This document shows, piece by piece, positions 9,291-21,045 of a stretch of DNA of 39,855 nt. This stretch comes from Clostridium sp. (GTDB lineage: Bacteria > Bacillota > Clostridia > Clostridiales > Clostridiaceae), in assembly GCA_017383505.1 (NCBI GenBank), contig JAFNXG010000184.1, forward strand, positions 1 through 39,855, given 5' to 3'. Position numbers and translations under genes: made by a program. Position 1 is the first letter of the stretch. Each line of letters begins with the position of its first letter. Below the pieces are notes generated by a model, which saw nothing but the letters and a program-made list of their open reading frames with translations, was not told the origin of the DNA and did no database searches.

Positions 9291-10043
9291 TTATTTTATA
9301 ACCAATTCAACTGGACAATGATCTGAACCCATTATTTCAGTATGTATTTTAGCTCCTTCAAGTCTATCTCTTAAGCATTTAGAAGCTATAAAGTAGTCTA
9401 TTCTCCATCCAGCATTATTTTTTCTTGCATTAAATCTATATGACCACCAAGAATATACTCCTGTTAAATCTGGATAAAAATATCTAAATGTATCTATAAA
9501 TCCATCTGCTAATAAATTAGTAAATTTTTCTCTTTCTTCATCCGTAAATCCTGCATTTTTTCTATTTGTTTTTGGATTTTTTAAATCTATCTCTTTATGT
9601 GCAACATTTAAATCTCCACATACAATTACAGGTTTACTTTCTTCTAACTTCTTTAAGTAGCACTTAAAGTCATCTTCCCATTTCATTCTGTAATCTAATC
9701 TTGCAAGTTCATTTTGAGAGTTAGGCGTATAAACAGTAATCATAAAAAAGTCTTCGAACTCTAAGGTAATTACTCTTCCTTCTTTATCATGCTCTTCAAT
9801 CCCTAATCCATACTTTACAGATAAGGGTTCCTTTTTAGTAAATATAGCTGTACCACTATACCCTTTCTTTTCCGCATAATTCCAATACTGATGATATCCT
9901 TCAAGTTCTAAATTTATTTGTCCTTCTTGGAGCTTACTTTCTTGTATACAGAATATATCTGCATCAACTTCATTAAAAAAGTCAAGAAATCCTTTTTGAA
10001 CGCATGCTCTTATCCCATTTACATTCCATGATATTAATTTCAT
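9291..10043 (-). CDS. exoA: Exodeoxyribonuclease III / AP endonuclease
   Basis: [31 protein letters not shown] and GSDHCP motifs. Confidence 0.96.
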   Translation of the reverse strand: MKLISWNVNGIRACVQKGFLDFFNEVDADIFCIQESKLQEGQINLELEGYHQYWNYAEKKGYSGTAIFTKKEPLSVKYGLGIEEHDKEGRVITLEFEDFFMITVYTPNSQNELARLDYRMKWEDDFKCYLKKLEESKPVIVCGDLNVAHKEIDLKNPKTNRKNAGFTDEEREKFTNLLADGFIDTFRYFYPDLTGVYSWWSYRFNARKNNAGWRIDYFIASKCLRDRLEGAKIHTEIMGSDHCPVELVIK

Positions 10044-10095
10044 TCTTATCCTCCAATGTTATACTAGTTAAAATTACTAATAACTTAATAAACAA

Positions 10096-10149
10096 TTGAT
10101 AATGGATAATTTAGACTCTCATTTAAATATATAAATTACCCACTATCAA
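10096..10149 (-). terminator. Hairpin downstream of glyA
   Basis: 18-bp stem with 2 G-U pairs on the minus strand, 18-nt loop, followed by UUGUUUAUU. Confidence 0.55.
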
Positions 10150-10194
10150 CTCTAATCATATTACAATTCTTATTTTATAACTATATAGTTAATT

Positions 10195-11430
10195 TTAATC
10201 ATATAAAGGATGTTTTGAACAAAGTACTTTTACTCTTTCTTTTAATTCCTCTAAATTAGAATCTCTATATTCTATAGCATCATTTATTATGCTTGCTATT
10301 TCTTTCATTGCTTCAACATCAAATCCTCTTGTAGTAACTGCAGCAGTTCCTATTCTTATCCCTGATGTAACAAAAGGACTTCTTGTTTCATTTGGAACTG
10401 TATTTTTATTAACTGTTATTCCAATTGAATCTAAAAGATTTTCTGCTTCTTTTCCTGTAATATCTTTATTAGTTAAATCTACAAGAATTAAATGATTATC
10501 AGTTCCATTAGAAACTAATTTAAATCCATACTTAACTAATTCATCCCCTAAAGTCTTACAATTTAAAACTACATTTTTCATATATGTTTTAAACTCCGGC
10601 TCTAAAGCTTCTTTGAAACATACTGCTTTAGCCGCAACTACATGCATAAGAGGACCACCTTGCATTCCTGGGAAAATATTCTTATCTAATGCTTTAGCAT
10701 ACTTTTCCTTACAAAGAATTAAACCACCTCTTGGACCTCTTAAAGTTTTATGAGTTGTAGAAGTTACAAAATCAGCATATGGCACTGGTGAAGGATGTTC
10801 CCCTGTAGCTACTAATCCTGCTATATGTGCCATATCTACCATAAAATATGCTCCAACTTCATCACAAATCTCTTTAAACTTTTTAAAATCTATAACTCTT
10901 GAATATGCACTAGCGCCTGCTACAATTAATTTAGGTTTATGTTTTATAGCAAGCTCTCTTACGTTTTCATAATTAATTTTTTCTGTTTCACTATCAACAC
11001 CATAAGAGATAAAATTAAATAACTTTCCTGAGAAATTTACTGGTGAACCATGAGTTAAATGTCCTCCATGACTTAAATCCATCCCTAATACTGTATCACC
11101 TGGTTCTAATATAGTGAAATAAACAGCCATATTCGCTTGAGATCCTGAATGTGCTTGCACATTAGCATGTTCTGCTCCAAATAATTCTTTAGCTCTGTTT
11201 CTTGCTATACTTTCAATTTCGTCAACTACTTCACAGCCACCATAATAACGTTTGCTTGGATATCCTTCAGCATATTTATTTGTTAAATGAGATCCCATTG
11301 CTTCCATTACTGCTTTTGATGCAAAATTCTCTGATGCAATAAGCTCAATTCCATTCTTTTGTCTTTCTAACTCTTTTTCCATTAATGCATAAATTTCTTT
11401 ATCATTATTTTTTAGGTTTTTAAGTTCCAT
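10195..11430 (-). CDS. glyA: Serine hydroxymethyltransferase
   Basis: [36 protein letters not shown] (PLP lysine) and QGGP. Confidence 0.99.
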   Translation of the reverse strand: MELKNLKNNDKEIYALMEKELERQKNGIELIASENFASKAVMEAMGSHLTNKYAEGYPSKRYYGGCEVVDEIESIARNRAKELFGAEHANVQAHSGSQANMAVYFTILEPGDTVLGMDLSHGGHLTHGSPVNFSGKLFNFISYGVDSETEKINYENVRELAIKHKPKLIVAGASAYSRVIDFKKFKEICDEVGAYFMVDMAHIAGLVATGEHPSPVPYADFVTSTTHKTLRGPRGGLILCKEKYAKALDKNIFPGMQGGPLMHVVAAKAVCFKEALEPEFKTYMKNVVLNCKTLGDELVKYGFKLVSNGTDNHLILVDLTNKDITGKEAENLLDSIGITVNKNTVPNETRSPFVTSGIRIGTAAVTTRGFDVEAMKEIASIINDAIEYRDSNLEELKERVKVLCSKHPLYD

Positions 11431-11458
11431 TCAATCACCCCTATTATCTTTTTATAAA

Positions 11459-11487
11459 ATTATAAATATAATTTACCATTTATTCAA
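11459..11487 (-). promoter_or_regulatory. Sigma-A promoter of glyA
   Basis: TTGAAT-17-TATAAT. Confidence 0.65.
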
Positions 11488-11569
11488 CTACTTTTTAATA
11501 TTTGTGTACATTTATATATTCTATTATGATATAATACATAAAAAAATATATAATTAGGAGTTTTTTATT

Positions 11570-12328
11570 ATGAATGAAATACTTCAAGTTGCAATGCTTG
11601 CAGGTCAAATGATTTTAGAAAATGGTGGAGAAACTTATAGAGTTGAAGAAACCATTTGGAGAATTTGTAAAATTTACGGTGCTCAAGAAGCTGAAAGTTT
11701 TGCTACACCAACAGGGATTATGGCATCAATTTGTCATGAAGGTAAAATATATTCCTTAACCCGTCGTGTCTCTAATAGAACTGTTAATCTAGATAAAATT
11801 GATAAAGTAAATGACTTATCTAGAAGTATTCTTTCAAAAAACTTATCAGTTACTGATTTTAAAAAGGAATTAACTAAAATTAATGAGGAAGAAACTTATC
11901 CACTTCCAATTATAATAATTTTCTCGGCATTAGGGGCAGGTTCATTTTCAATATTATTTGGTGGAACATTTAAAGATGTATTTTCAGCTTTTTTAATTGG
12001 TTTAATAATTAAAACTTTAACTCTTAAATGGTCTGAAATAGGTATAAACTTATTCTTTATAAATAGTATCTGTAGTGGAATTACAGCAATATTAGCAATA
12101 ATTCTTTATAAGCTTGGTATCGCAAGTCAACTTAATGAAACTATTATAGGTGCTATAATGCTTTTGGTTCCAGGGTTAGCCATAACTAATGCAATTAGAG
12201 ATACTATTTCTGGAGATTTATTATCTGGCGTAATTAGAGCAGCTGAGGCATTTTTAGTTGCAGTATCTATTGCTGTAGGTATTGGTGCCGTATTAAGCTT
12301 CTGGATATCAAACTTTGGAGGAATTTAA
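11570..12328 (+). CDS. Threonine/serine exporter family (ThrE/YjjP-like) subunit
   Basis: LENGGETYRVEET, NLDKI.KVN.LSR and LLVPGLAITNAIRD motifs; TGnTATAAT upstream at 11527-11535. Confidence 0.9.
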   Translation: MNEILQVAMLAGQMILENGGETYRVEETIWRICKIYGAQEAESFATPTGIMASICHEGKIYSLTRRVSNRTVNLDKIDKVNDLSRSILSKNLSVTDFKKELTKINEEETYPLPIIIIFSALGAGSFSILFGGTFKDVFSAFLIGLIIKTLTLKWSEIGINLFFINSICSGITAILAIILYKLGIASQLNETIIGAIMLLVPGLAITNAIRDTISGDLLSGVIRAAEAFLVAVSIAVGIGAVLSFWISNFGGI

Positions 12329-12329
12329 A

Positions 12330-12788
12330 ATGATTATTTTTATTACATTAGTATCTTTCTTTGCCACCTTCGGTTTTTGTATTGCTTTCAATATACGTGG
12401 TAAAAAAATAATTTTTGCTGCATTTGGTGGTGCTATAAGCTGGTTCTTTTATTCTTTGCCTTTAGAGTTAGGATTATCTGAAATTTCATCTCTATTAATT
12501 TCTTCTATAATATTCAGTATTTATAGTGAAGTTATGGCGAGAATTTTTAAAACACCAGTTACTACATTTGTTGTTTGTGCCTTAATACCATTAGTTCCGG
12601 GTAGTGGAATGTATTATACTATGCGTGAAGCAGTTGCTGGTAATATTTCTAAATCACTTGAATTAGGATTAAATACTCTTGCTAGTGCAGGTACTTTAGC
12701 TTTAGGAGTCTTATTTGTTTCTACAATTACAAGATTGATTTTTGCAGCTAAACGTAGAAAAGAAATAAAGAAATTTGCTCAAAATTAA
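12330..12788 (+). CDS. Threonine/serine exporter family (ThrE_2/YjjB-like) subunit
   Basis: F.I.FN, MARIFKTP and IPLVPG.GMYY motifs; ATG 12330 after GGAGG. Confidence 0.88.
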   Translation: MIIFITLVSFFATFGFCIAFNIRGKKIIFAAFGGAISWFFYSLPLELGLSEISSLLISSIIFSIYSEVMARIFKTPVTTFVVCALIPLVPGSGMYYTMREAVAGNISKSLELGLNTLASAGTLALGVLFVSTITRLIFAAKRRKEIKKFAQN

Positions 12789-12795
12789 CTTTACA

Positions 12796-12837
12796 TAAAA
12801 AAATAATCTTAACATAATTGTTAAGATTATTTTTTAT
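12796..12837. terminator. Bidirectional terminator
   Basis: aaaaaataatcttaaca-taat-tgttaagattatttttt perfect inverted repeat between convergent genes. Confidence 0.8.
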
Positions 12838-12856
12838 TATTCTATATATTTATATT

Positions 12857-13012
12857 TTATTTTTTTCCTTTTAACTTCTTGAAAATCTTAGTATTTTCAA
12901 CTACATCTATTAGGTCTTCAGCCATTTCTACTAACATATGACTTTTTTCCTTAGCTTTATTCATTGTTCTATTCCTAGTCTTATTCATTTTTTTCATCAT
13001 TTTGTTTTTCAT
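12857..13012 (-). CDS. Small basic Met/Lys-rich protein, 51 aa (MKNKMMKKMNKTRNRTMNKAKEKSHMLVEMAEDLIDVVENTKIFKKLKGKK), absent from the ORF track
   Basis: Read by hand: AAGGAGG RBS, ATG, bracketed by two terminators. Confidence 0.75.
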   Translation of the reverse strand: MKNKMMKKMNKTRNRTMNKAKEKSHMLVEMAEDLIDVVENTKIFKKLKGKK

Positions 13013-13109
13013 AGTGACTCCTCCTTAAATAAATATAGAGTACTTACATTATTATTTTAAACAAAATGATACTTTTTATCCTGTTAAATTCTCTTCAATA
13101 TAACAGTTA

Positions 13110-13150
13110 ATATAAAAAGAAGTTAGTAATTTACTAACTTCTTTTTATAT
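13110..13150 (-). terminator. aspS terminator
   Basis: atataaaaagaagttagtaa / ttactaacttctttttatat inverted repeat immediately after the stop. Confidence 0.85.
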
Positions 13151-13152
13151 CA

Positions 13153-14946
13153 CTATTTTTCTTCTTTTTCTTTAAGATTAACAACTAATTCTAATTCATC
13201 AAGTTGTTTTGTATCAACAATACTTGGAGTTTGAGTCATGTAGCAATATGCATTTTGATTTTTAGGGAATGCAATAACATCCTTGATGTTTTCAGTTCCA
13301 GCTAAGAACATTACCATTCTATCTAATCCAAATGCTAATCCTCCATGTGGTGGTGGTCCAAATTTAAATGCTTCCATTAAGAATCCAAAGTTTTCATAAG
13401 CTGATTCCTCTGTAAATCCTAATGCTTTAAACATTCTTGTTTGAAGTTCTGAATCATGTATTCTTATAGATCCTCCACCTAATTCTTCACCATTTAATAC
13501 TAAGTCGTATGCTTTAGATCTAACTGCTCCAGGATTGCTTTCAAGCATATCTAAATCTTCATCCATTGGTGATGTAAATGGATGATGAGCAGCATAGTAT
13601 CTTCCATCTTCCTCATTATATTCGAATAATGGGAATTCAGTAATCCATGTGAAGTTATATTCATTTTTATCTTTAATTAAATCGAATTGCTTAGCAAGTT
13701 CTAATCTAAGCGCACCTAAACTTTGGAATACTACAGAGTTTTTATCTGCAACTATAAGTATTGCATCTCCAGTTTCAGCTCCCATTGTTTTTACTATATT
13801 CTCAGTAACATCATCAGTTAAGAACTTAGCAATTGAAGATTTAACTCCATCTTCTTTAATTTGTATCCATGCAAGACCTTTTGCCTTATATCCTTTAACA
13901 AAGTCAACTAATTTATCAAGAGGCTTTCTACCTAAATCAGCTCCACCTTTTAGACATAATGCTCTTACTGAACCACCCATTTCTAAAGCTGACTTAAATA
14001 CTACAAAATCCATATCTTTAACACATTCAGTAATATCAGTAATTTCCATACCAAATCTTAAGTCTGGCTTATCAGAACCGTATTTTTCCATAGCTTCTTT
14101 GAAAGGCATTCTCTTAATTGGAAGCTTAACTTCATGACCTAAAACTTCTTTAAATACATGGGCAATTAATCCCTCATTTAAAGCCATTACATCATCTTGC
14201 TCAACAAAACTCATTTCTAAGTCAATTTGAGTAAATTCTGGCTGTCTATTTGCTCTTAAGTCTTCATCTCTAAAACATTTAGCAATTTGATAGTATTTAT
14301 CAAATCCTGATACCATTAATAATTGCTTAAATAATTGAGGTGATTGTGGAAGTGCATAGAACATTCCTGGGTAATTTCTTGATGGAACTAAGTAATCTCT
14401 AGCACCTTCTGGTGTACTCTTATTTAAAATAGGAGTTTCTACTTCTAAGAATCCATTGTTGTCTAAGAAATCTCTAACAGCTTTTGATGTTCTATTTCTT
14501 ATCATAAATATTTTTTGCATATCTGGTCTTCTAAGATCTAAATATCTATATTTTAATCTTATATTTTCAGCTGCATCTAAATCTTCTTTAATATATATTG
14601 GTGGTGTTTCTGATTCTGATAAAACCTTTATGCTTTCACATTTTAATTCTACCATACCAGTTTCCATAGCATTATTTGGAGCTTCTCTTAAAACAACTTC
14701 TCCTGTTACAGCTATACAATATTCTGGTCTTACAGCTTTAGCTTTTTCAAAGCTTTCAGCATTAATTTCTTCACCAAAAACTATTTGCATAATTCCTGTT
14801 CTATCTCTAAGATCTATAAATTGAAGACCTCCAAGTTTTCTATTTCTTTGAACCCATCCCATAAGAGTTATTTTTTCCCCTACGTTTTTTTCTCTAGGTT
14901 CACCACACATCATGCTTCTTTTTAATCCATTTAAAGCTTCACCCAT
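13153..14946 (-). CDS. aspS: Aspartate-tRNA ligase
   Basis: FIDLRDR, STPEGARDYLVPSR, CFRDEDLRANRQPEFTQ and PPHGGLAFGLDR. Confidence 0.99.
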   Translation of the reverse strand: MGEALNGLKRSMMCGEPREKNVGEKITLMGWVQRNRKLGGLQFIDLRDRTGIMQIVFGEEINAESFEKAKAVRPEYCIAVTGEVVLREAPNNAMETGMVELKCESIKVLSESETPPIYIKEDLDAAENIRLKYRYLDLRRPDMQKIFMIRNRTSKAVRDFLDNNGFLEVETPILNKSTPEGARDYLVPSRNYPGMFYALPQSPQLFKQLLMVSGFDKYYQIAKCFRDEDLRANRQPEFTQIDLEMSFVEQDDVMALNEGLIAHVFKEVLGHEVKLPIKRMPFKEAMEKYGSDKPDLRFGMEITDITECVKDMDFVVFKSALEMGGSVRALCLKGGADLGRKPLDKLVDFVKGYKAKGLAWIQIKEDGVKSSIAKFLTDDVTENIVKTMGAETGDAILIVADKNSVVFQSLGALRLELAKQFDLIKDKNEYNFTWITEFPLFEYNEEDGRYYAAHHPFTSPMDEDLDMLESNPGAVRSKAYDLVLNGEELGGGSIRIHDSELQTRMFKALGFTEESAYENFGFLMEAFKFGPPPHGGLAFGLDRMVMFLAGTENIKDVIAFPKNQNAYCYMTQTPSIVDTKQLDELELVVNLKEKEEK

Positions 14947-14963
14947 TGGTAAACTCCTCCTAA

Positions 14964-16211
14964 CTATTTAATAGCGTTAACTATTTCTTGTATATTTTCT
15001 AAACTTACTTCAAATACTTCCCCATCACTCATTCTTTTAAGTTTTATAGATTTATTTTGAAGTTCGTCATCACCTAAAATTGTTGTAAATGAAGCTCCTA
15101 TTTTGTTAGCATATTTCATTTCTGCTTTTACGCTTCTTCCCATATGATTTACTTCTGTTTTTATTCCAGCTTCTCTTAATTTATGTGCTAAAGTAAATGC
15201 TTCAAATTTAGCTTCATCTCCTCTAGCTCCAATATATAAATCAAAAAGATTTTCATTTGGAATTTGTATTCCTTCTTTTTCTAGTATCATGATAAGTCTT
15301 TCAATTCCCATTCCGAAACCAACAGCTGGCATTTCTGGTCCACCTAATTGTTCGATAAGCTTATCATATCTTCCACCACCACAAACAGTAAATTCATCAT
15401 TTAATATTTCAAATATTGTTTTAGTGTAGTAATCTAATCCTCTAACTATACCTGGATCTACTGTAAATGGAATATTTAATGCTGTTAAATACTTCTTAAC
15501 GGCGTCAAAATGAGTGTCACACTCTTCACACATATAGTCAAGTATTATAGGAGCATTTTTAGTAATTTCATTACATTTTCTTTCCTTACAATCTAATATT
15601 CTCATAGGATTCTTTTCAAATCTTGATTGACATAATGGACATAAACTATCAAAATTTTCTTTTAAGTAGCTTTTTAATGCTTCATTATAGTTTGGTCTAC
15701 AATTTTGGCATCCTAAGTTGTTTATATTTAAGCTTAAACTTTTTAATCCTAAACTCTTTAAAACTTGCATTGCTAATGCTATAACTTCAGCATCCATAGA
15801 AGGTTCTTTTGAACCATATACTTCTGTTCCAAATTGGTGGAATTGTCTAAATCTACCTTTTTGAACATTTTCATATCTAAAACATGGAGTTATATAATAA
15901 AGCTTTGTAGGTTGAGCTTCATTAAATAATCTACTTTCTATAAAAGCTCTTCCTGCTCCTGCTGTTCCTTCTGGCTTTAATGTAATACTTCTATCACCTT
16001 TATCATTAAAAGTATACATTTCCTTTTGAACTATATCAGTTGTATCTCCAACTCCTCTAGCAAATAGTTCAGTGTGCTCAAACATAGGAGTTCTAATCTC
16101 TCTCATTCCATAATATTTTGCTACATCTCTAAATGTCTTTTCAACAAAGTGCCATTTATAAGCATCTTGAGGTAGCATATCTTTTGTACCCTTAGGTGCT
16201 TGCATTTCCAT
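14964..16211 (-). CDS. hisS: Histidine-tRNA ligase
   Basis: [31 protein letters not shown] and GGGRYD. Confidence 0.99.
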   Translation of the reverse strand: MEMQAPKGTKDMLPQDAYKWHFVEKTFRDVAKYYGMREIRTPMFEHTELFARGVGDTTDIVQKEMYTFNDKGDRSITLKPEGTAGAGRAFIESRLFNEAQPTKLYYITPCFRYENVQKGRFRQFHQFGTEVYGSKEPSMDAEVIALAMQVLKSLGLKSLSLNINNLGCQNCRPNYNEALKSYLKENFDSLCPLCQSRFEKNPMRILDCKERKCNEITKNAPIILDYMCEECDTHFDAVKKYLTALNIPFTVDPGIVRGLDYYTKTIFEILNDEFTVCGGGRYDKLIEQLGGPEMPAVGFGMGIERLIMILEKEGIQIPNENLFDLYIGARGDEAKFEAFTLAHKLREAGIKTEVNHMGRSVKAEMKYANKIGASFTTILGDDELQNKSIKLKRMSDGEVFEVSLENIQEIVNAIK

Positions 16212-16216
16212 CTTAA

Positions 16217-17649
16217 TTATTCCTCCTTATTTAAGTATAGGGTATCTAATAATTTCTTTTTACCCTCTACCATCTCTTCTATTCTACTACAGTATTCTCT
16301 AACATCTTTGATATTAGCAAATCTTTCTATTCTTCCTTCTTCTAAGAAAACAACTTTAGAAACAGCATCTGCACCTAAAGCAATAATAGTTTGCTTATCT
16401 TCTATCATTTGAATATTATAAATACATTCTGCGCCCTTTCTAGCATAACCTAGATTCTCCATATTTCCAACCATATTTTTTTGTCTATACATATAATATG
16501 GATGTAACCCTAATTCTTTAGATAAATTTCTACTTTCTTCATACATACCAGCTAATTCAGATTGTTTTTTAACTTGAATTCCTTTTTTAGAACAAAATTT
16601 TCATAAAGAATAGACGCTCTTTTTAAAGATAATCCATGAACTGTTAAACTATCTGGATGTAATTTAAGAATTTCATTCTTAGTATGTAAAACCTCTTTTA
16701 TTCCTTCTCCAGGTAGACCTATAATCATATCCATATTTATATCATTAAAGCCCATACTTCTAGCAAGATTGAACTTATCTATTACATCATTAGAATTATG
16801 TCCTCTTCCTATCATTTTTAATGTTTCATCATTCATAGTTTGAGGGTTTATACTGATTCTAGTTACATTAAACTTTTTCATTGTTTCAAGTTTTTCTTTA
16901 GTAATACTATCTGGTCTTCCACATTCAACTGTAAATTCTTTTATTCCTTTATCTTTAACAAATGCATCATAGGCCTCTTGCATAACAATTTCAAATTCTT
17001 CATTGTTTACTGCTGTTGGTGTTCCTCCCCCAAAATATACAGATTCTATGTTAAGATTTCTTTCATCAACATATTTTTTCATTTCTTTTATTTCATATAT
17101 TAATGCTTCTAAATATGGACTAACTAACTTTTTATTTCCCATTATTGGATTTGCTGCAAAAGAGCAATAGAAACATCTAGTAGGACAAAATGCCATTCCT
17201 ATGTAAATAGCAATATTTTTAGGATCATTATTTACAAATGTTGCTTCAGTCTTCGCTATTTCTATACAAAGTTTAGCTTTTTCTTCTGAAGCTAAATGTT
17301 TTTTAGCAAATATCTCTATAATTTCTTCTTCTGTTTTTCCTTCTTCTAAATACTTTAGAGCAATTTTAGACGGTCTAATACCAACTAAAATTCCCCAAGG
17401 ATATTCTTCTTTTGTAATATCTTTTAATGAAGAAAATACTAGTCTCTTAATATCTTCTTTAATATTTTCAGAAATTATAGATTCTTTATAATAATCATTA
17501 TTAATAAACTCTATTTTATCTTCTAAAATATTAACAATATAATCTCCATCATCTAAAAATTTAATTTCATCTAATGGAAAATAAATATTAAACATTTGAT
17601 ATACATCATATCTATACTTCATGTCATTTAATTTAATTTTTATTTCCAT
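16217..17649 (-). pseudogene. hemZ: HemZ-type radical SAM protein (HemN family) split by a single frameshift at 16583-16588
   Basis: PWGILVGIRP, FCPTRCFYCSF and YFGGGTP in ORF1; PYYMYRQKN in ORF2; adding one A gives a continuous 477-aa frame (...LKKGIQVKKQSELAGMYEE...). May be an assembly error. Confidence 0.85.
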
Positions 17650-17663
17650 GACTTCTCCTTTTG

Positions 17664-18281
17664 TTAAAAAATCTCAAACTCATTTTGTAAAAATGGATTT
17701 CTTAATTTTTCATACCCAATAGTAGATGAATCCATATGTCCTGGATATATTCTTATATTTTCATCTAAAATCATTAATTTTGTCTTTATTGAGTTTATAA
17801 GTTCATTAAAATCTCCACCTACAAAATCACTTCTACCTACTGAACCTTTAAATAAAGTATCTCCAGTAAACATAGCATCTTTATAAAGATAACACATTCC
17901 ACCTTTAGTGTGTCCTGGTGTATGAATACATTTTATAACATCATCAGCAAATGGTAAAGTATCACCATCACTTACTAAGTTATAATCTTTTGGTAAATTT
18001 CCAAATACAGTCTTATCTGTTTTCATAAAATTAACTTCATTTTCATTCATATAAATAGGAGCTTTAAATCTTTCTGATACCTCATTTAATGCTTCTACAT
18101 GATCAAAATGCCCATGAGTTAATAAAATATACTTAATATTACATCCTAATTCTTCAATATTTTTAATTAATAAATCACCATTTCCACCTGGATCTACAAT
18201 ACAGGCATCTTTTGACTTTTCATCTATTAAAACATAAATATTTTCTTCATAAATTCCAATAGGATATGTTTTTATAATCAT
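17664..18281 (-). CDS. MBL-fold metallo-hydrolase (glyoxalase II-like)
   Basis: LTHGHFDH, HTPGHT, FTGDTLF and YPGH. Confidence 0.92.
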   Translation of the reverse strand: MIIKTYPIGIYEENIYVLIDEKSKDACIVDPGGNGDLLIKNIEELGCNIKYILLTHGHFDHVEALNEVSERFKAPIYMNENEVNFMKTDKTVFGNLPKDYNLVSDGDTLPFADDVIKCIHTPGHTKGGMCYLYKDAMFTGDTLFKGSVGRSDFVGGDFNELINSIKTKLMILDENIRIYPGHMDSSTIGYEKLRNPFLQNEFEIF

Positions 18282-18310
18282 ATTTTCACCTCACAAAATT
18301 ACCATAAATA

Positions 18311-18760
18311 TTAAAAGTTTTTACTACTATCTAATAATATAGTTACTGGTCCATCATTTTTAATATCAACTTTCATATCTGCACCAAAAATTCCTGTTTC
18401 AACTTTTAATCCAGTTTCTTTCATCATCTTAACAAATTTATCATAAAAATTTTTAGCTTCATCTCCACCAAGTGCATTCATAAAATTAGGTCTTCTTCCT
18501 TTTCTAGCATCACCGTATAGTGTAAATTGAGATATTAATAGTATATCACCTTTAATATCTAATAATGATAAATTCATTTTATCATTTTCATCACTAAAAA
18601 CTCTAAGATTAATTATTTTATCTCTAATATAATTCATATCTTCTTCAGTATCATCTTTAGAAATTCCTATAAGAACATTAAATCCCTTATTTATTCTTCC
18701 TACAATTTCTCCATTAACTTCAACACTAGAATAAGTTACTCTTTGCACTACTGCTCTCAT
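18311..18760 (-). CDS. dtd: D-aminoacyl-tRNA deacylase
   Basis: [19 protein letters not shown] and NDGPVT. Confidence 0.97.
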   Translation of the reverse strand: MRAVVQRVTYSSVEVNGEIVGRINKGFNVLIGISKDDTEEDMNYIRDKIINLRVFSDENDKMNLSLLDIKGDILLISQFTLYGDARKGRRPNFMNALGGDEAKNFYDKFVKMMKETGLKVETGIFGADMKVDIKNDGPVTILLDSSKNF

Positions 18761-18774
18761 TTTGTACCATTCCT

Positions 18775-20958
18775 TTAATTGTTCATTCTATAAACATCTA
18801 TAACACCAGTTAATTTTCTTATCTTTCTCATTAACTCTTTTAATTGTTCTATAGTATCTATTTTCACTTTAATATTTATATATGCTAAATTGCCCTTTGC
18901 ACTTTTTGCACTTAGTGCATTAAGTGATAGCTTACTTTCAGTTATTATATTCATCACATCAGAAAGTAATCCTGGTCTGTCTTCTGATTTAACTTGAATT
19001 TCTGCCATATAAGCAACACCCTTAGCAGTTCCCCAAGATACCTCTACTACTTTTTGTGGATCTTCCTTTATTAATATTTGTAAATTACTACAGTCTTTTC
19101 TATGAATTGATACGCCACGTCCCTTTGTTATATATCCTAAAATATTATCTCCTGGAACTGGATTACAACACTTAGCAAATCTAACCATTAAGTTATTTTC
19201 ACCTTTAACTGTAACACCGTAATTATTTTCTTTTTTCCTTTTTTCTGTTTTAGAAATATTAGCTTCTATAGACTTGTGTAAATTTTCTTCTTTATATTTA
19301 TCATCTTTAGCTAAATTTTCTTCCTTTAACTTAGAAATAAATGAAGATGCTACTATAACTCCAAGACCTACTAAAGCATATAAATCTTCCATATAATTTA
19401 TATTATATCTTTTTATAATTTTATCGTAAACTTCACCTTTAGCAATATCAGCATAATGTACACCTTGCTTTTTTATTTCTCTTTCAAGTAGTTCTTTTCC
19501 TTTTGTAATACTTTCTTCTTTTTTGGCCTTTTTAAACCAAGCTCTTATTTTACTTTTTGCTTGATTACTTTTTGCAATACTAAGCCAATCCATATTTGGT
19601 CCTTTAGAAGTATTTGATGTCAATATCTCTACTATTTGACCTGTTTTTAACTTATAATCAAGAGGAACTATTTTCCCATTTACCTTAGCTCCAATACACT
19701 TATTACCAATATCAGTATGTATTCTATATGCAAAATCTATAGGAGTTGAACCATTTGGTAAATCAATAACTACACCCTTTGGTGTAAATAAAAATATTTC
19801 ATCAGTAAAAAGATTAATTTTAAACCCTTCCATAAACTCTTCTGCATCAGAAGCTTCCTTTTGCCATTCTAAAATATCTCTAAGCCATACTAATTTATTC
19901 TCAAAAGCTTTATCTTTAGTATCACAGGAATCTCCTTCTTTATACTTCCAGTGAGCTGCTATACCATATTCTGCAGTTTTATGCATTTCAAAAGTTCTTA
20001 TCTGAATCTCAAAGGTTTTTCCTTGTGGCCCTATAACAGTAGTATGTAATGATTGATACATATTAGGTTTAGGCATAGCAATATAATCTTTAAATCTTCC
20101 TGGAATAGGCTTATAAATTGTGTGAACTATTCCTAACACCTCATAACAATCCTTTACGGTGTTAACAAGTATTCTTATAGCAGTTAAGTCAAATATTTGT
20201 TCTATACTTTTATTTTTAGTAACCATTTTTCTATAAATGCTATAAAAATGCTTTGGACGCCCATCTATATCTGAATCTATTCCCGCCTCTTCTAATCTTT
20301 TATATAAATCCTCTATTGTTTTAGATATATATATTTCTCTTTCTACTCTTTTTTCAGCAATTTCATTTACTAATTCATAATACTCTTCTTCATGTAAATA
20401 TCTAAAACATAAATCTTCTAATTCCCATTTAACCTTAGAAATACCTAGCCTATGAGCAATTGGTGCATAAATATCTAATGTTTCTTTAGATATTCTTTTT
20501 TGCTTTTGCTTTGGCATATATTTCAATGTTCTCATATTATGTAATCTATCTGCTAATTTAATTATAATTACTCTTATATCATTTGACATAGCTAATAGCA
20601 TTTTTCTAAAATTATCAGCTTGTTGCTCTTCTTTAGATTTATACTCCATTTTTGTAATCTTAGTAACTCCACTAACTAAATTAGCTATTTCTTCATTAAA
20701 GATATTCTTAATATCATCATATGTGTAGTCTGTATCTTCTATAACATCATGAAGTAATCCAGCAACTATGGTACTTGTATCCATACCCAATTCTGCTAAA
20801 ATTGTAGATACATCTATGGGATGGATTATATACGGTTCTCCTGATTCTCTTTTTTGTTCTTTATGTGCTTCAAAGGCCAAATTAAATGCTTTATTTACTA
20901 CATTTAGATCAACATTTGTACAATTTTCTTTTATTTTTTGTATCAATACCTCAACCAT
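18775..20958 (-). CDS. rel: Bifunctional (p)ppGpp synthetase/hydrolase
   Basis: HD domain ([20 protein letters not shown]), synthetase (RFKDYIA, YQSLHT, EIQIRT), TGS and ACT domains. Confidence 0.98.
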   Translation of the reverse strand: MVEVLIQKIKENCTNVDLNVVNKAFNLAFEAHKEQKRESGEPYIIHPIDVSTILAELGMDTSTIVAGLLHDVIEDTDYTYDDIKNIFNEEIANLVSGVTKITKMEYKSKEEQQADNFRKMLLAMSNDIRVIIIKLADRLHNMRTLKYMPKQKQKRISKETLDIYAPIAHRLGISKVKWELEDLCFRYLHEEEYYELVNEIAEKRVEREIYISKTIEDLYKRLEEAGIDSDIDGRPKHFYSIYRKMVTKNKSIEQIFDLTAIRILVNTVKDCYEVLGIVHTIYKPIPGRFKDYIAMPKPNMYQSLHTTVIGPQGKTFEIQIRTFEMHKTAEYGIAAHWKYKEGDSCDTKDKAFENKLVWLRDILEWQKEASDAEEFMEGFKINLFTDEIFLFTPKGVVIDLPNGSTPIDFAYRIHTDIGNKCIGAKVNGKIVPLDYKLKTGQIVEILTSNTSKGPNMDWLSIAKSNQAKSKIRAWFKKAKKEESITKGKELLEREIKKQGVHYADIAKGEVYDKIIKRYNINYMEDLYALVGLGVIVASSFISKLKEENLAKDDKYKEENLHKSIEANISKTEKRKKENNYGVTVKGENNLMVRFAKCCNPVPGDNILGYITKGRGVSIHRKDCSNLQILIKEDPQKVVEVSWGTAKGVAYMAEIQVKSEDRPGLLSDVMNIITESKLSLNALSAKSAKGNLAYINIKVKIDTIEQLKELMRKIRKLTGVIDVYRMNN

Positions 20959-21010
20959 TCAGATCCTCCCTTTTAAAATTAACTTTTAAATTATAATTTA
21001 GATTAAAATC

Positions 21011-21037
21011 AATGGCTGGTTAAATAAACCAGCCACC
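21011..21037 (-). other. GC-rich stem-loop between apt and rel, downstream of the rel promoter
   Basis: GGUGGCUGGUU-UAUUU-AACCAGCCAUU on the minus strand. Confidence 0.65.
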
Positions 21038-21045
21038 TTATACTA

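Noticed and set aside
12840-13150. 6S RNA downstream of aspS, as in Bacillus subtilis
   Set aside because: The space holds a terminator and a small ORF; no long self-complementary rod seen
16200-16220. T-box leader for hisS-aspS
   Set aside because: Only 5 nt separate hemZ and hisS; no T-box motif
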